A stretch of DNA of 64,000 nt, taken from positions 196,044,001 to 196,108,000 of the forward strand of contig OZ024742.1 in assembly GCA_964016885.1 (NCBI GenBank). Direction: 5' to 3'. The translations under genes and the position numbers were made by a program. Positions 11,161-26,802 of the stretch are shown here, piece after piece. This DNA is from Eledone cirrhosa. Lineage: Eukaryota. The notes under the pieces were generated by a model. The model ran no database searches. It was not told the DNA's origin and was given only the letters and a program-made list of their open reading frames with translations. Position 1 is the first letter of the stretch. The number at the start of each line of letters is the position of its first letter.

Positions 11161-11713
11161 TATACACATTATTCATATCTTTGTGCATATATTTTGTCAA
11201 TCACGTGTCTTCCTTTTTCACTTTTGTTCACTTTTTGCTAACTCTGTTTTAAATTGTTTAAACATATTTTAACAGTTTTCTTTTCTTTTTGTGTCAGCTT
11301 TGCCTATATATATATATATATATATATATAAACGGAAAAAATGAAACGAAATTTCATTTCCTATTCTTAGTACGGCTGTTACTTAAATATAAGTATGTAC
11401 ACGTACATACATATATGTATACAGACGTACAGTAGTATGTATATATATATATACATACATGCACACATATATATATGTACGTATGGATTCACCGAACATT
11501 TATTATAATGCCCGGTGTGTTTGTAAACAAACATCCCGTATTAAGCCGTAGTGTCTAGCAACCATCGTTGCTCGTTTGTTCAATACTGACAAAGAAACGC
11601 TGTACTAGTTTCAAGCTTATTAGCTATCGTCAGCAACGTATACCTTCCTGCCAGATTGTTGAACGTATATACTTACCTTATGCATATTAACGACTGAGTA
11701 GCCCCCCCCCCCC

Positions 11714-11956
<243 letters not shown>

Positions 11957-12169
11957 ACATACTTACATCAATACCCTTTTTCCGCCCTCAATTTCCCATA
12001 ATGGTACAGACACACAGACGACTGTAATATAAGTTGTTTCACATTAAAGCTATTCTAGGTCATGATTTGTTTATACGCCAGGAAGGGGAGGTAATCAGGT
12101 CTCAATTGAAGCTGTCAACTATGTGATTTTATGGAAAGGTTAAGATCGTGGCCACATGATACTAATGTG

Positions 12170-12500
12170 AAATAGACCTCCATCGTTTGCGACGATGAGT
12201 GTTACCGTTGTTTGATCAACTAAACTACATGCTCATGAAATTAACACCTAGAAAGCTGAACATCATACTGACGTGCGTATCCTTAACTTGTGATTCAGCA
12301 TGACACATTTTGTGACGAGATTGATCTTTTGAATTTCAAGTACAGTCCATCTGATGGGCTTCCAAACAGTTTCTGTGTAGCAAATTTCACTCACCAGCCA
12401 TGGAGCTATGGTAAATGGCACTTGCTCAAGGTGCCACGCAGATAGATCGAACCTGGGGCTTAATAATTGCAAAGAGACTCCTTAATCATTCTGCCACGCT
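12170..12500 (-). mobile_element. Diverged tRNA/CORE-type SINE
   Basis: Minus strand carries B-box ggttcgatc followed by the CORE-like gtggcaccttgagcaagtg. Confidence 0.6.
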
Positions 12501-12911
12501 GCGTTCAGAATTTAGGCAAGGATATTATTATGCCTGTACATGTTTCTGCAAAGACTATGTGTATCAGGGACTGCAACTATTATTCACAGTAGTTAGGTAA
12601 TATCTGCAGAAATTACATAACCTGGCGTTGGAATACGTCCTTAGCGGGTGATCCACTCCCTCGAATAGAAAAGTTTGTTTAAACGACCCATTCACATCCA
12701 TTCGCTGCCATCACAAGTTTCAGACCTGTAGTGACACGTGACCACTCCAAAAGAGGAGGTCGGTCAAAAACTGGCCTTTGTTAGGGAATACTTTAGCAGA
12801 AAATTCAAAAACTGAATATAAGCCAAAGCATTCAACTAGTCCTCAACCAGCACAATATGTCCGATTGTCTTATTATATTTTTATAGAGCCGTCAATATAA
12901 TAGTTAGAGAC

Positions 12912-13240
12912 CCGGGCCAGATGCAAGATGTGCGCCCTAAATGCTGGTAATAGATCCAGGGCAGATTAAAATGAGACCCCAAATGCTCATAATAGTCCCA
13001 GCCAGATGTAAAATGAGGCCCCAAATGCTCATAATAATCCCAGGCCAGGTGTAAAATGAGGCCCCAAATGCTCATAATAATCCCAGGCCAGGTGTAAAAT
13101 GAGGCCCCAAATGCTCATAATAATCCCAGGCCAGGTGTAAAATGAAGCCCCAAATGCTCATAATAATCCCAGGCCAGGTGTAAAATGAGGCCCCAAATGC
13201 TGGTAATAACCTCAGGATAGATGTAAGATGTAGACCCAAA
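12912..13240. repeat. 43-bp minisatellite, ~7 copies
   Basis: ccccaaatgctcataataatcccaggccaggtgtaaaatgagg at 13019, 13062, 13105, 13148, 13191. Confidence 0.9.
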
Positions 13241-13789
13241 TAGCTCTTTAGGTATTTTAGTAATCAGTATTGAATACATATGATTTATATTTGGGTTACA
13301 TGTATGCACATGTACGTGTATAGCCCCCTCCCTCCTCCGCTCATGGCTGCCTATTCCTCCTATCAATATCTAGAGTGGGCGAGGGTGCGTTGAAAGACTT
13401 TGTTTACATACAATGTAAATGACATGATACACAATGTGACCTCTATATAAAGTGACATCAAAGGACATGTTATTGCTGGTATGACATCTGTACAATTGCA
13501 ACATAAACGGTAATCATCATTAACCGAAGACCTGAAAATTCCACAAGCTAACGGTGTGTGTGTGTGGGGGGGGGGGGGGGGGGGGGGCTTCTACGTGGTC
13601 GCTCAAAATGCTAGAAATGACAGTCAAATCTCCTTTGAAACCACTCTATAGTTTTATATTGTGAAAGGGCATATTAACTGAATATCTCTCAGAAGATGGG
13701 GTCAGTAGTAGAAAACGTATCTTAGACATACCCAATAAAAGACGGAATAGCCACGACAGGATTGTCTTTTTTCATAGGTCTGCTCCAGT

Positions 13790-14075
13790 ACAGTTAACCT
13801 TGGGCAGCGTTAACGTCGAAAAGGGTTGGCCTAGGGCAGGATTGACCTCGAGCAGGGTTGACTTTGGACAGGGTTGACCTCAAGCAGGGTTAACCTCTGG
13901 CAGAGTTGACTTCGGGAAGGTTTGATCTCGAGCAGAGTTAACCTCTGGCAGGGTTGACCTCTAGCAGGGTAGACCTCTAGCAGGGTTGATTTGTGGCAGG
14001 GTTGACTTCTGGCAGAGTTGACCTCGGGCTAGGTTGACTTCGGGCAGGGTTGACTTTTGGCAGGGTTGACCTCTC
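13790..14075. repeat. 16-bp degenerate minisatellite, ~17 copies
   Basis: Consensus cagggttgacctctgg. Confidence 0.85.
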
Positions 14076-14250
14076 GTGTTCAGAGAAGAGAGATACACAA
14101 TCTTGACAAAGGGCAATTAACCAGAAGCAATATTATTGTCGATTGTTTCTCTCTGTCACCTCTAGAACAAAAGGTTTGATGATGATCGTTTAAAACACAT
14201 AGCGTAATGAGGCTGTTTGCTTGCAAACAAATTGAATATTATTATTATTC

Positions 14251-14647
14251 GATTGGCAGTATCGGTAGAGGGTCGGACGCCATGCTTTGACGCATAGAGT
14301 TACGGCCCTTGCCATTCTGAGTTCAAATCCCGTCGAGGTTAACTTTGCCTTTCATCCTTACGGGGTCGATAAAATAAAGTACCAGTAATGCACTGGGTAA
14401 TTGCTGGCCTTGTGCCAAAAGTAGAAACAATTATTATTCGATATAAAGGCATTGTGGATTGGCAGTATCGGTAGAGGGTCGGACGCCATACTTTGCAGCA
14501 TAGAGTTACGCCCCTTTACGATCTGAGTTCAAATCCCGCCCAGGGTAACTTTGCCTTTCATCCTTACGGGGTCGATAAAATAAAGTACCAGTAATGCACT
14601 GGGTAATTGCTGGCCTTGTGCCAAAAGTAGAAACAATTATTATTCGA
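14251..14647 (+). mobile_element. Two tandem tRNA-derived SINE copies
   Basis: 14251-14440 and 14454-14647 are near-identical; attattattcgat occurs before, between and after. Confidence 0.85.
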
Positions 14648-14816
14648 TATAAAACTCAGGAAAGCTGAAAAAATAAATAATTTTAGTAAATCTCTCCAAT
14701 TTTCATTAATTGACTGAATTACAGGATATTTCATTTTTTGTGCTCATTTATTTTCATTATTATTTTATTATTATTATTAATTATTTTATTCTTTTACATA
14801 TTTCAGCTAATTCTTA

Positions 14817-15015
14817 TACGAGGGTTGACTGAAAGGTTCATAGGCTGACCAAGATACTCTCATGGAATCACCCAATGAGGTTTACTTTTCGATATAGTCC
14901 CTGGAAAGAAACGCTGCAGTTATTAATAAGAAGAGTTGAAATTAATGCATGCAAGATTTCACAGCACTAGCATCACACTTTCAGAGTCAGCCTATGAACT
15001 TTTCAGCCACCCCTA
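14817..15015. mobile_element. Tc1/mariner-type MITE
   Basis: TA|cgagggttgactgaaaggttcataggctgac ... gtcagcctatgaacttttcagccaccc; TA-flanked TIRs. Confidence 0.8.
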
Positions 15016-15835
15016 TCTCTCGCAATGTTGAAGTAATCTGCAGAAAATGTTATAGCTAATATCTATAGTCCTGTTTTCTTTTAATGAAAAAGCTGATGAG
15101 ACTATTATTTTGTGCGTGTGTGTGTGTGCATGTGTATATGAATGTGTGTACATGTGGGTGTGAATGTGTGTGTGTGAAGGTGTGAGTGCGTGTGTGTGAT
15201 ATCAAAGTGGTTAATGAAGAGATTTACTAAAATTATCAGCTGTTTCATTTTAAAGATAGTATTTGTAACAACTTAACAAATGATATATATCTAGACAATG
15301 TGGTGGAATGGTCTCAGATGTCCCAAAACCCCAGACGCATGCCACCTCGAGATCCCAGAGAACAGAAGAGAGACAGCTTTACCCCGGACGATAGTGAAGG
15401 AGACGCGTTGAAATAACCTTTCCGACTCACGAAGTTGACTCTTTCGAGTGATCAACTTTGTCATGATTGCATAGAATAGGGAGGTGGTTCGGGGACCCAG
15501 AAAGCCAGAAGTCTATCCCTCGATAGACTGAAACCGTAAGTGTGGTTATAACATCTTCGGTCGATACCAGTAAGATAAATAAATAGACAAGATAAATGAA
15601 TCCATACATATATAGTTGAATGTTATTCTGTTACATATAGATAAAATGCTGTGTACACAGAGATAAATCTTAAGATAAATAATGTCCTTGCTTGCATTGT
15701 AATCTGCATGGCGGTATTTCAGCCAGATTGTCTAAAGTAACCATGACATTTAGTGACTTTTTTATTCGCACTTAAGTACTTATATACCCACATAAGCTGG
15801 CTTATTGTATGAGTAATCTGAGTATCGGTATTGCT

Positions 15836-16110
15836 TGGCGATATTTGTTCCAGCTCTTTTCGTTTTGTGTTCAAATCTCGCCGAGGTCAACTTTGTTTTT
15901 CATCATTTCAGAGTCGATAAAATAAAGTGCCAGTCAAATACTGGAGGAGGTATAATCGACTTTACTTTCCCTTGCCACCAAATTGCTGGCCTTGTACCTA
16001 AATCAAAAACCAATATTTATTCTGTCTCTGTCTTTTGAGTTCAAATTCCGTTGAGGTTTAACTTTCTTTTTATCTGTTCAGGATCGATAAAGAAAGTACT
16101 AGCCCAGTAC
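15836..16110 (+). mobile_element. Diverged SINE copies of the same family
   Basis: gttcaaatctcgccgaggtcaacttt...gtcgataaaataaagtgccagt...aattgctggccttgt, then a second fragment. Confidence 0.65.
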
Positions 16111-16469
16111 TTACTTGTTCTTGTGGCGGCATTCACCCAGCGTGGGTTGAGCCGGCTCCATCGAAGGAATTCACGGTATAAATACATTTCAATGGAGTTT
16201 CTTCGGGCGACTGGTTTCACAAGCGGTAACTATCCACAAGTATATACACTTTAGGATAGTATATTCTAAGCATTGCATCGGTTATTGCATTGAGCTCTCA
16301 CTTTCACACCCAACCCAATTTGGTGGAGCCACTGCCGTGACTGGGACGCATGGGAGGAAGTTTGGTCGGCAGAGGTGATAAACACAGCATATTTGAGCCA
16401 CTTTGTAGGTAACTGGAGCTCACCCCACTGACCACCTCAGACATTCCGACCCTCGGCAAAACAAGCTCA

Positions 16470-17188
<719 letters not shown>

Positions 17189-17284
17189 CTGTAAAAAGAG
17201 AAATACAGTACAAATAATATGGAAGAAATATCAACTACAAAGAAATTGCTCTCATTTCTAATTTTCCTAATTTATAGATTCAGT

Positions 17285-17672
17285 TATTCTAGCATTCTAT
17301 CATTCTGTCATTTGATCATTCTGTCATTCTGCCATGCTATTATTGTTCTGTCGTTCTCTAATTCTTTCAATCTGTCATTTTATCATTCTGACATTCTGTC
17401 ATTTTGGCGTTCTGTTATTCTCTCGTTCTGTCATTCTGTCATTCTTTTATTTTCTTGTTCTGTCGTTTTACCATTCTGCTGTTCTGTCATTCTGCCATTT
17501 TGTTGACTTGTCGTCGTGTTTTTCTGACGTCATTCTGCCATTCTATCATTTTATCGTTCCGTCGTTCTGTCGCTCTGTCGTTATGTCATTCTGCCGTTCT
17601 CACAATCTGTCATTCTCTTGTCATTCTGTCGTTTTACTGTTCTTCAGTACTGCCATTCTCGTTTGCCGTCAT
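17285..17672. repeat. Degenerate 8-bp repeat (CATTCTGT)n
   Basis: cattctgt/cgttctgt periodicity. Confidence 0.85.
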
Positions 17673-17706
17673 CTAATTATAATTACATCACTTCTACTAT
17701 GGTTGT

Positions 17707-18970
<1,264 letters not shown>

Positions 18971-19699
18971 TATACAGGATTATATTGTGAGAGAAACTTT
19001 GGAGAATAACAATTTACAGGAACAAACATGGGGTAAGAAACCGGGACCTTGTGATTAGAAAATGAACTTCTTAGCAACAAGACTGAGAGAGGAAATGTAT
19101 TGTGTGTTTGTGTGTGTAAATTTTAAAGAGTTACAGACGAAGAAATTTATATACACAAACACACACACTCACACACACATATGTACACACACACACGTGC
19201 GCGCGCGGCATTTTATCACGTCTAATATTTATCTCTACAAAGTATATTCTTCTGTGCGTTCTCAGCCCAACTTCCATGCGTTCTCAACTCAAACTTCCTT
19301 GCGTTCTCAGCTCAAATTCTGTGTGTTCTCAATTCAAAGAATGTGCGTTATCAGTTCAAATTCATTCTGTCTGGATTTACAACTGGCAGACAATATCAAC
19401 GATGGAAACATAGCTTCCTTGATCCATTCTGACAAACGGTTCGATCTTTGGTAGTAAAATGTGAATCTGTTCTGAGAGGTGGCTGTTTACATTGAACACT
19501 GAACAGCTGACATTCTACATTGTAGCGATCCAGCCTATGATGAAGATGTGAGTGAATGCCGTTGCTTAAAACAGTAGCTAGGTAGCGATAGTTAACCTTG
19601 GACTAATCCAAATTAATCAACATCCCCACCGAAGCCAGACTTATTCCTGTCCCTTTCTGGCATGTTCTATAATATATCACATTAGATGGACCTTGTCGT

Positions 19700-19899
19700 N
19701 NNNNNNNNNNNNNNNNNNNNNNNNNNNNNNNNNNNNNNNNNNNNNNNNNNNNNNNNNNNNNNNNNNNNNNNNNNNNNNNNNNNNNNNNNNNNNNNNNNNN
19801 NNNNNNNNNNNNNNNNNNNNNNNNNNNNNNNNNNNNNNNNNNNNNNNNNNNNNNNNNNNNNNNNNNNNNNNNNNNNNNNNNNNNNNNNNNNNNNNNNNN
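19700..19899. other. Assembly gap (200 N)
   Basis: Run of N. Confidence 1.
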
Positions 19900-19919
19900 T
19901 TTGTGTGTGTTATTTATTA

Positions 19920-20125
19920 GGCATAGGGTGGTGTATTGATAGAACCATTAGTGTCATACAAAATGATTTGTGTCATTTGATTTGTTCAGTCTCTTCATGT
20001 TCTGAGTTCAAATCCTGCTGAAGTTAATTTTGCCTGGGGTCAATAAAATAAAGCACCAGTCAAATACTCAGTTGATATAATTGACATTCTCTTCCCTATA
20101 AAATTTCAGGTTTTGTGTCTTTGTT
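19920..20125 (+). mobile_element. Diverged SINE
   Basis: gttctgagttcaaatcctgctgaagttaattttgcc...caataaaataaagcaccagt. Confidence 0.6.
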
Positions 20126-20129
20126 AGAT

Positions 20130-20605
20130 ACCAAAAGCACCCAGTCCATTCTGTAAGGTGGTCATTCTGGTGACAAGGCAATATTGCCCAATCCACACAG
20201 TAAGGTGGTCATGTTGGTGACACAACAAAAAATGCACAGTCCACGCTGTAAGGTGGTCATGCTGGTGACAAAGCAAAAACTGCCCAGTCCACTTTGTAAG
20301 GTGGTCATGCTGGTGACAAGGCAAAAACTGCCCAGTCCACACTGTAAGGTAGTTGTGCTGGTAACAAGGCAAAAATTGCCCAGTCCACACTGTAAGGTGG
20401 TCATGTTAGTGACCTGACAAAAAGCACCCAGTTCACAGTGATTTAGTTGTTAGGAAGGGCATCCAGCCGTAGCAACCAAGCCAAAATACAGATCCGTATG
20501 AGTAAGATGTGGTCTCTGGAACTAAATTGTCTCATAACATAACCTGTCTAACCCATGCAAGCATGGAAAATTGACATTAAATGATGATGATGATGATGAT
20601 GATGA
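20130..20605 (+). repeat. ~48-bp x7 tandem repeat fused to an RTE-type 3' end with (GAT)n tail
   Basis: Unit aaaa(gca/ctg)cccagtccacactgtaaggtggtcatgctggtgac; then gttaggaagggcatccagc...tctaacccatgcaagcatggaa...(gat)n, like the RTE 3' UTR at 31860-32101. Confidence 0.8.
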
Positions 20606-21224
20606 GACTGAAAACACTGAAAACACAATCTTCTTTAGTCAAGTTTTCACTGACTTTTACAAGTTCCATTTAGAAATGAAAATGAGTGTGGAGAAGAAGA
20701 AAGTACTGCCTTCACCTGCTTAGTATATTTGTTAAAGGGTGGGTGAATATAGCGAGACTGATTCAAATGAGTGGGCCTACTCAAAGCATGCACCTGTAGG
20801 CTGGAAGTAATTGGGGAGAAAGAGGCATTTGCCTATAGAGTCCTTGGTAATTGGGATCATCTTAGCTTTGTGAAGTTCCTTAATTACTCCTGATGGATAC
20901 TCCCTCCTACTGGGGATTTCTGTTTATATTTTACCTGTATTTTGTTTGTGTGTGTGTTTTGCTCAGTTCATGTAACCCCCCCCCCCCCCCCCCGCACACG
21001 CACACACACGCACACACACACACACACTTTCATCTTGTTTATTTGTAGTGTTCTTGTTTTTGGCCCCAGTAGCCAATAAAAAAAATCCATTATTTTCCAG
21101 GTGGGTTGGTAAGAAAAGGGTATGGTTCAGAGAAGTATAATAAACGAGTGAATTAAGAAATAAGTCCTGGTGGATACCTATCTGTAAAGTAAATTACTAG
21201 TTGAACTCAGTGCTGACTGTCACC

Positions 21225-21441
21225 AAACCATTCATTTAAACCAGCCGTATCCGGCCAGAATTCTCTCACCTCTTCTGTTCAAACTGGCTGTAACCGGCCA
21301 CTCATATTGATATTAAGGTATTGTTCTTAAAATAAATGATATCAAAATCTCATAAATTCGATATTATGTGAGATAAGTATATGTTAGAGCCTTTACCATG
21401 TTAACACTAGTATATAGAGTAATGTAATGCTAAAGGGTTAA
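21225..21441 (-). mobile_element. piggyBac-like MITE (inverted copy of 21925-22148)
   Basis: Ends aatgctaaaggg|TTAA; body is the reverse complement of the downstream copy. Confidence 0.65.
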
Positions 21442-21924
21442 AGTTTTTTGTTTTTGCAACCATCAGACTACAGACTTTGGAAGTATGTCAAAGACCTTCT
21501 CTAGGTTGACGCATGTTAGGTTTAATGGCTTATCCTTAAGTAAGATCTCCTCATGTAATTATCTCAATAGGAAGAAGGCTTTTGGTGACATCAATTGCAT
21601 CCCATGTAACCATGTTCATACCAAACCGCTGGGATTGAAACTGCCTCTGATTTTATGGTATGAGCCTGTTCATTTTAAAGTGTTTATATTTATCTAAAAC
21701 CTTCCATTATAATTTTATGTTCCAAACACCAGATTAATAACGGAAATGTTAGTTATATTACTATATCTCTTCCAATTCTGAATTATTTTCTAAATTATTT
21801 GAAAATTATAGATCTCTTACATTAGAAATATGGTAACAAAAGTGTTAAATGTTTCTATTTTGGGCCCCCAAATTTGTTACCATAGTTATAGTAGAAGTCA
21901 CTTGTTTGAGGTACAATAGGGTGA

Positions 21925-22148
21925 TTAACCCTTTAGCATTTACATTACTCTGTATTTATTATTGTATTTTCATGGTAAAAGCTTTATATCACATAATATC
22001 GAATCTATGAGATTTTGATGTTATTTATTTGGAGGACAATACCTTAACCTCAGTATAAGCAGCAGACTACAGCCATACAGCCAGTTTAAACAGAAAGAGG
22101 TGAGAGAATTCTGGCCATATACGGTCGGTTTAAATGCTAAAGGATTAA
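21925..22148 (+). mobile_element. piggyBac-like MITE
   Basis: TTAA|ccctttagcattta ... taaatgctaaagga|TTAA. Confidence 0.8.
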
Positions 22149-22199
22149 ACATGTGGTTAAGTGATGTTCTTAACTCCACATCCATAGCTCTACATGTTA

Positions 22200-23505
22200 G
22201 TCATGTGGACTCTTCCAACATCCACAACCTCACAGCTCTTTATTATCCATGTGGACTCTTCCAACATCCATAATTATACAGCTTGTAATTATCCATGTGG
22301 ACTCTTTCAACATCTATAACTACATAGCACCTTGTTATTCATGTGGACTCTTCCAACATCCACAACCTCACAGCTCCTTATTATCCATGTGGACTCTTCC
22401 AACATCTATAACTACATAGTACCTTGCTATTCATGTGGACTCTTCCAACATCCATAATTATACAGCTTGTCATTATCCATGTGGACTCTTCCAACATTTA
22501 TAACTACATAGCACCTTGTTATTCATGTGGACTCTTCCAACATTTATAACTACATAGCACCTTGTTATCCATGTGGACTCTTCCAACATCCACAACCTCA
22601 CAGCTCCTTATTATCCATGTGGACTCTTCCAACATCTATAACTACATAGTACCTTGTTATTCATGTGGACTCTTCCAACATCCATAATTATACAGCTTGT
22701 AATTATCCATGTGGACTCTTCCATCTATAACTACATAGCACCTTGTTATCCATGTGGACTCTTTCAACATCTATAACTACATAGCACCTTGTTATTCATG
22801 TGGACTCTTCCAACATCCACAACCTCACAGCTCCTTATTATCCATGTGGACTCTTCCAACATCTATAACTACATAGTACCGTGCTATTCATGTGGACTCT
22901 TCCAACATCCATAATTATACAGCTTGTCATTATCCATGTGGACTCTTCCAACATTTATAACTACATAGCACCTTGTTATCCATGTGGACTCTTCCAACAT
23001 CTATAACTACATAGCACCTTGTTATCCATGTGGACTCTTCCAACATCTATAACTACATAGTACCGTGCTATTCATGTGGACTCTTCCAACATCCATAATT
23101 ATACAGCTTGTCATTATCCATGTGGACTCTTCCAACATTTATAACTACATAGTACCTTGTTATTCATGTGGACTCTTCCAACATTTATAACTACATAGCA
23201 CCTTGTTATCCATGTGGACTCTTCCAACATCTATAACTACATAGAAGAGTCCACATGAATAACAAGGTACTATGTAGTTATAAATGTTGGAAGAGTCCAC
23301 ATGGATAATGACAAGCTGTATAATTATGGATGTTAGAAGAGTCCACATGAATAACAAGGTGCTAACATCCATAATTATACAGCTTGTCATTATCCATGTG
23401 GACTCTTCCAACATTTATAACTACATAGTACCTTGTTATTCATGTGGACTCTTCCAACATCCATAACTACACAACTCCCCGTTATCCATGTGGACTCTTC
23501 CAACA
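22200..23505. repeat. 46-bp minisatellite, ~28 copies, with an internal inversion
   Basis: catgtggactcttccaacat core at 46-bp period (22386, 22432, 22478...); inverted units at ~23242-23364. Confidence 0.95.
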
Positions 23506-23633
23506 CATCCATCTCACCAATCCTCCCACTGTAGTTTTGTTGATTGCTTATATTTCCACACCTTTGCCATTAACACTAAATTCTATTTGGAATAAATAAT
23601 TCTATTCTTGATTAGAATTTCCTAACAGTAGCT

Positions 23634-23682
<49 letters not shown>

Positions 23683-23719
23683 GCACATATACATACATAT
23701 AAACAAGCACATGTGTATG

Positions 23720-23763
<44 letters not shown>

Positions 23764-23765
<2 letters not shown>

Positions 23766-23868
23766 CAGGGTGTCCTCCAAAAATGTATACACACGTCAAG
23801 CAGTATTCTAGTAAATATTGCCTGTACAGGTAATCAAAGTATGTATACATTTTTTGGGAGACCCTTTT
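23764..23868. mobile_element. Small Tc1/mariner-type MITE
   Basis: TA|cagggtgtcctccaaaaatgtatac ... gtatacattttttgggagaccct. Confidence 0.65.
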
Positions 23869-24087
23869 ATGTATGTATGTGTGTGTGTATATATATATAC
23901 ATGTGTGTGTGTGTTTAGAGCAGGTATGCCATATCACTTCATAATGTGTGAGAAGTGACTAAAAGGATTTTATATATGTATATGTATACATATAGAGTTT
24001 TACGGTAACCAGCTAAAGTATACAATAGATTTATATCTGTGTATATACTATATATACAGAACCATGGTAACAGAAACTGCGAATATG

Positions 24088-24272
24088 TATATAAATTTAC
24101 ACATCTAGTATATAGGCATGTAAACATGTCAAATTCATACATTTGTCTGTAAATTAAAAAAAATAAAATAAAATGATGAAGTAATGGTGACTATTGCTTT
24201 TTCAGTTTAAAGCGAAATGTGTGAAATTTGACATGTTTACATGCCTACATACTAGTTGTTTATAGTTATATA
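24088..24272. repeat. Imperfect ~57-bp inverted repeat (MITE-like)
   Basis: ctagtatataggcatgtaaacatgtcaaattcatacattt / aaatgtgtgaaatttgacatgtttacatgcctacatactag. Confidence 0.6.
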
Positions 24273-24637
24273 CACGTTTCAGTTTCACACATAGATTTAC
24301 ATATATATATGTATGTATATATATATGTATGTATGTATATATATATGTATGTATGTATATATATATGTATGTATGTATATATATATATGTATGTATGTAT
24401 ATATATGTATGTATGTATGTATATATATATATATGTATGTATATATATATGTATGTATATATATATATATGTATGTATATATATATGTATGTATATATAT
24501 ATGTATGTATGTATATATATATATATATGTATGTATATATATATGTATGTATGTATATATATATATATGTATGTATGTATATATATATGTATGTATGTAT
24601 ATATATATGTATGTATGTATATATATATGTATGTATG

Positions 24638-24668
<31 letters not shown>

Positions 24669-24747
24669 ATATGTATGTATGTATATATATATGTATGTAT
24701 ATATATATGTATGTATATATATATGTATGTATATATATATGTATGTA

Positions 24748-24811
<64 letters not shown>

Positions 24812-25020
24812 TGTATGTATATATATATGTATGTATATATGTATGTATGTATATATATATGTATGTATATATATATGTATGTATATATATATGTATGTAT
24901 ATATATATATGTATGTATATATATATGTATGTATATATATATGTATGTATATATATATATGTATGTATATATGTATGTATGTATGTATGTATATATATAT
25001 GTATGTATATATATATATAT

Positions 25021-25855
25021 GCTCTGAAACTCCCGTACTCCCAAACTCCCGTACTCCCTTCCCTCCGGGGAAACTCTCGTGGCATCTAACAACATCAGAG
25101 ACTTGGGAGTAACCGTGGACAGCAACATAAGCTGGACCACGCATATAAGCAGCAAAGTTGACATGGCCCGCAGAATGTGTTCCTGGATCCTCAGAACCTT
25201 CCAGTCGAGAGATTCCCGCACCATTATCCTTCTCTTCTCTACTTTCGCCCGACCACACCTTGAATACTGTTGTCCACTGTGGTCTCCCCACACGAAACAA
25301 AGTATCATGAAACTTGAAGCTCCTCAAAGGGCAATCACGAAAAAGATAGATGGCATGTCAGACCTTGACTACTGGGGTCGATTGGAAAACCTGAAACTTT
25401 ACTCACTCCAACGTCGCCGTGAGCGTTATATTATCTGCATGATGTGGAAAATGTTCCATCATCACTGCCCAAATGATGTTGGCATCGCCTTCAAGATACA
25501 CCCAAGGCTTGGGCCCCGTGCTATCCGTCCCATTCAAAAATCTAAATCGCAACTCATAACAACAATACGGCACAATTATTTCACCTCAATCGGCCCTGCT
25601 CTCTTCAACATCACACCAGGACACGTCAAAACAGAAACTGACCACACAAAATTCAAGAAGTCTTTGGACAAATTCCTCCAAGTAATCCCGGACAAACCAC
25701 CCACACCCGGATATGTCTCCGCAAACAGTAATTCTCTTCTCGAATGGGCCATGGTGCCCAAATCCTGAATTGAAAGACTTCGCCAGGTGGTGCTATTAAG
25801 TTAGACATGGCCTGGGCCAATACTGGCCAAAACATTTCAAAGTTATTCAAAGTTA
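25021..25855 (+). mobile_element. 5'-truncated CR1-like LINE (RT C-terminus, short 3' UTR)
   Basis: ORF 25079-25768: [36 protein letters not shown]; tail ttcaaagttattcaaagtta; near-identical to 62959-63778. Confidence 0.9.
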
Positions 25856-26433
25856 TATATATATGTATGTATATATATATGTGTATGTATGTATATATAT
25901 GTATGTATGTATATATATGTATGTATGTATATATATGTATGTATGTATATATATGTATGTATGTATATATGTATGTATGTATGTATATATATATGTATGT
26001 ATATATATATGTATGTATATATATATGTATGTATATATATATGTATGTATGTATATATATATGTATGTATGTATGTATATATATGTATGTATGTATATAT
26101 ATGTATGTATGTATATATATGTATGTATGTATGTATATATATATATGTATGTATGTATATATATATATGTATGTATGTATATATATGTATGTATGTATAT
26201 ATATATATGTATATATATATATATGTATATGTATGTATATATATATGTATATATATATATGTATATGTATATGTATGTATATGTATATGTATGTATATGT
26301 ATATGTATGTATATGTATATATATATGTATGTATATGTATATATATATGTATGTATATGTATATATATATGTATGTATATGTATATATATATGTATGTAT
26401 ATGTATGTATATGTATATATATATGTATATATA

Positions 26434-26474
<41 letters not shown>

Positions 26475-26802
26475 ATGTGTATGTGTGTGTGTGTGTGTAT
26501 GTATGTGTGTATGTATGTATGTATGTATATATGTATGTATGTATGTATATATGTATGTATGTATATATGTATGTATGTATATATGTATGTATGTATATAT
26601 GTATGTATGTATATATGTATGTATGTATATATGTATGTATGTATATATATATGTATGTATATATATATGTATGTATATATATATGTATGTATATATATAT
26701 GTATGTATATATATATATGTATATATATATGTATGTATATATATATGTATGTATATATATATGTATGTATATATATATGTATGTATATATATATGTATAT
26801 AT

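Noticed and set aside
19700-19899. Any structure spanning the N run
   Set aside because: The round 200-N length suggests a placeholder scaffolding gap; true distance and adjacency are unknown.
22200-23505. CRISPR-like repeat/spacer appearance
   Set aside because: The 'spacers' are a few recurring related variants, there are no cas genes, and the context is eukaryotic.
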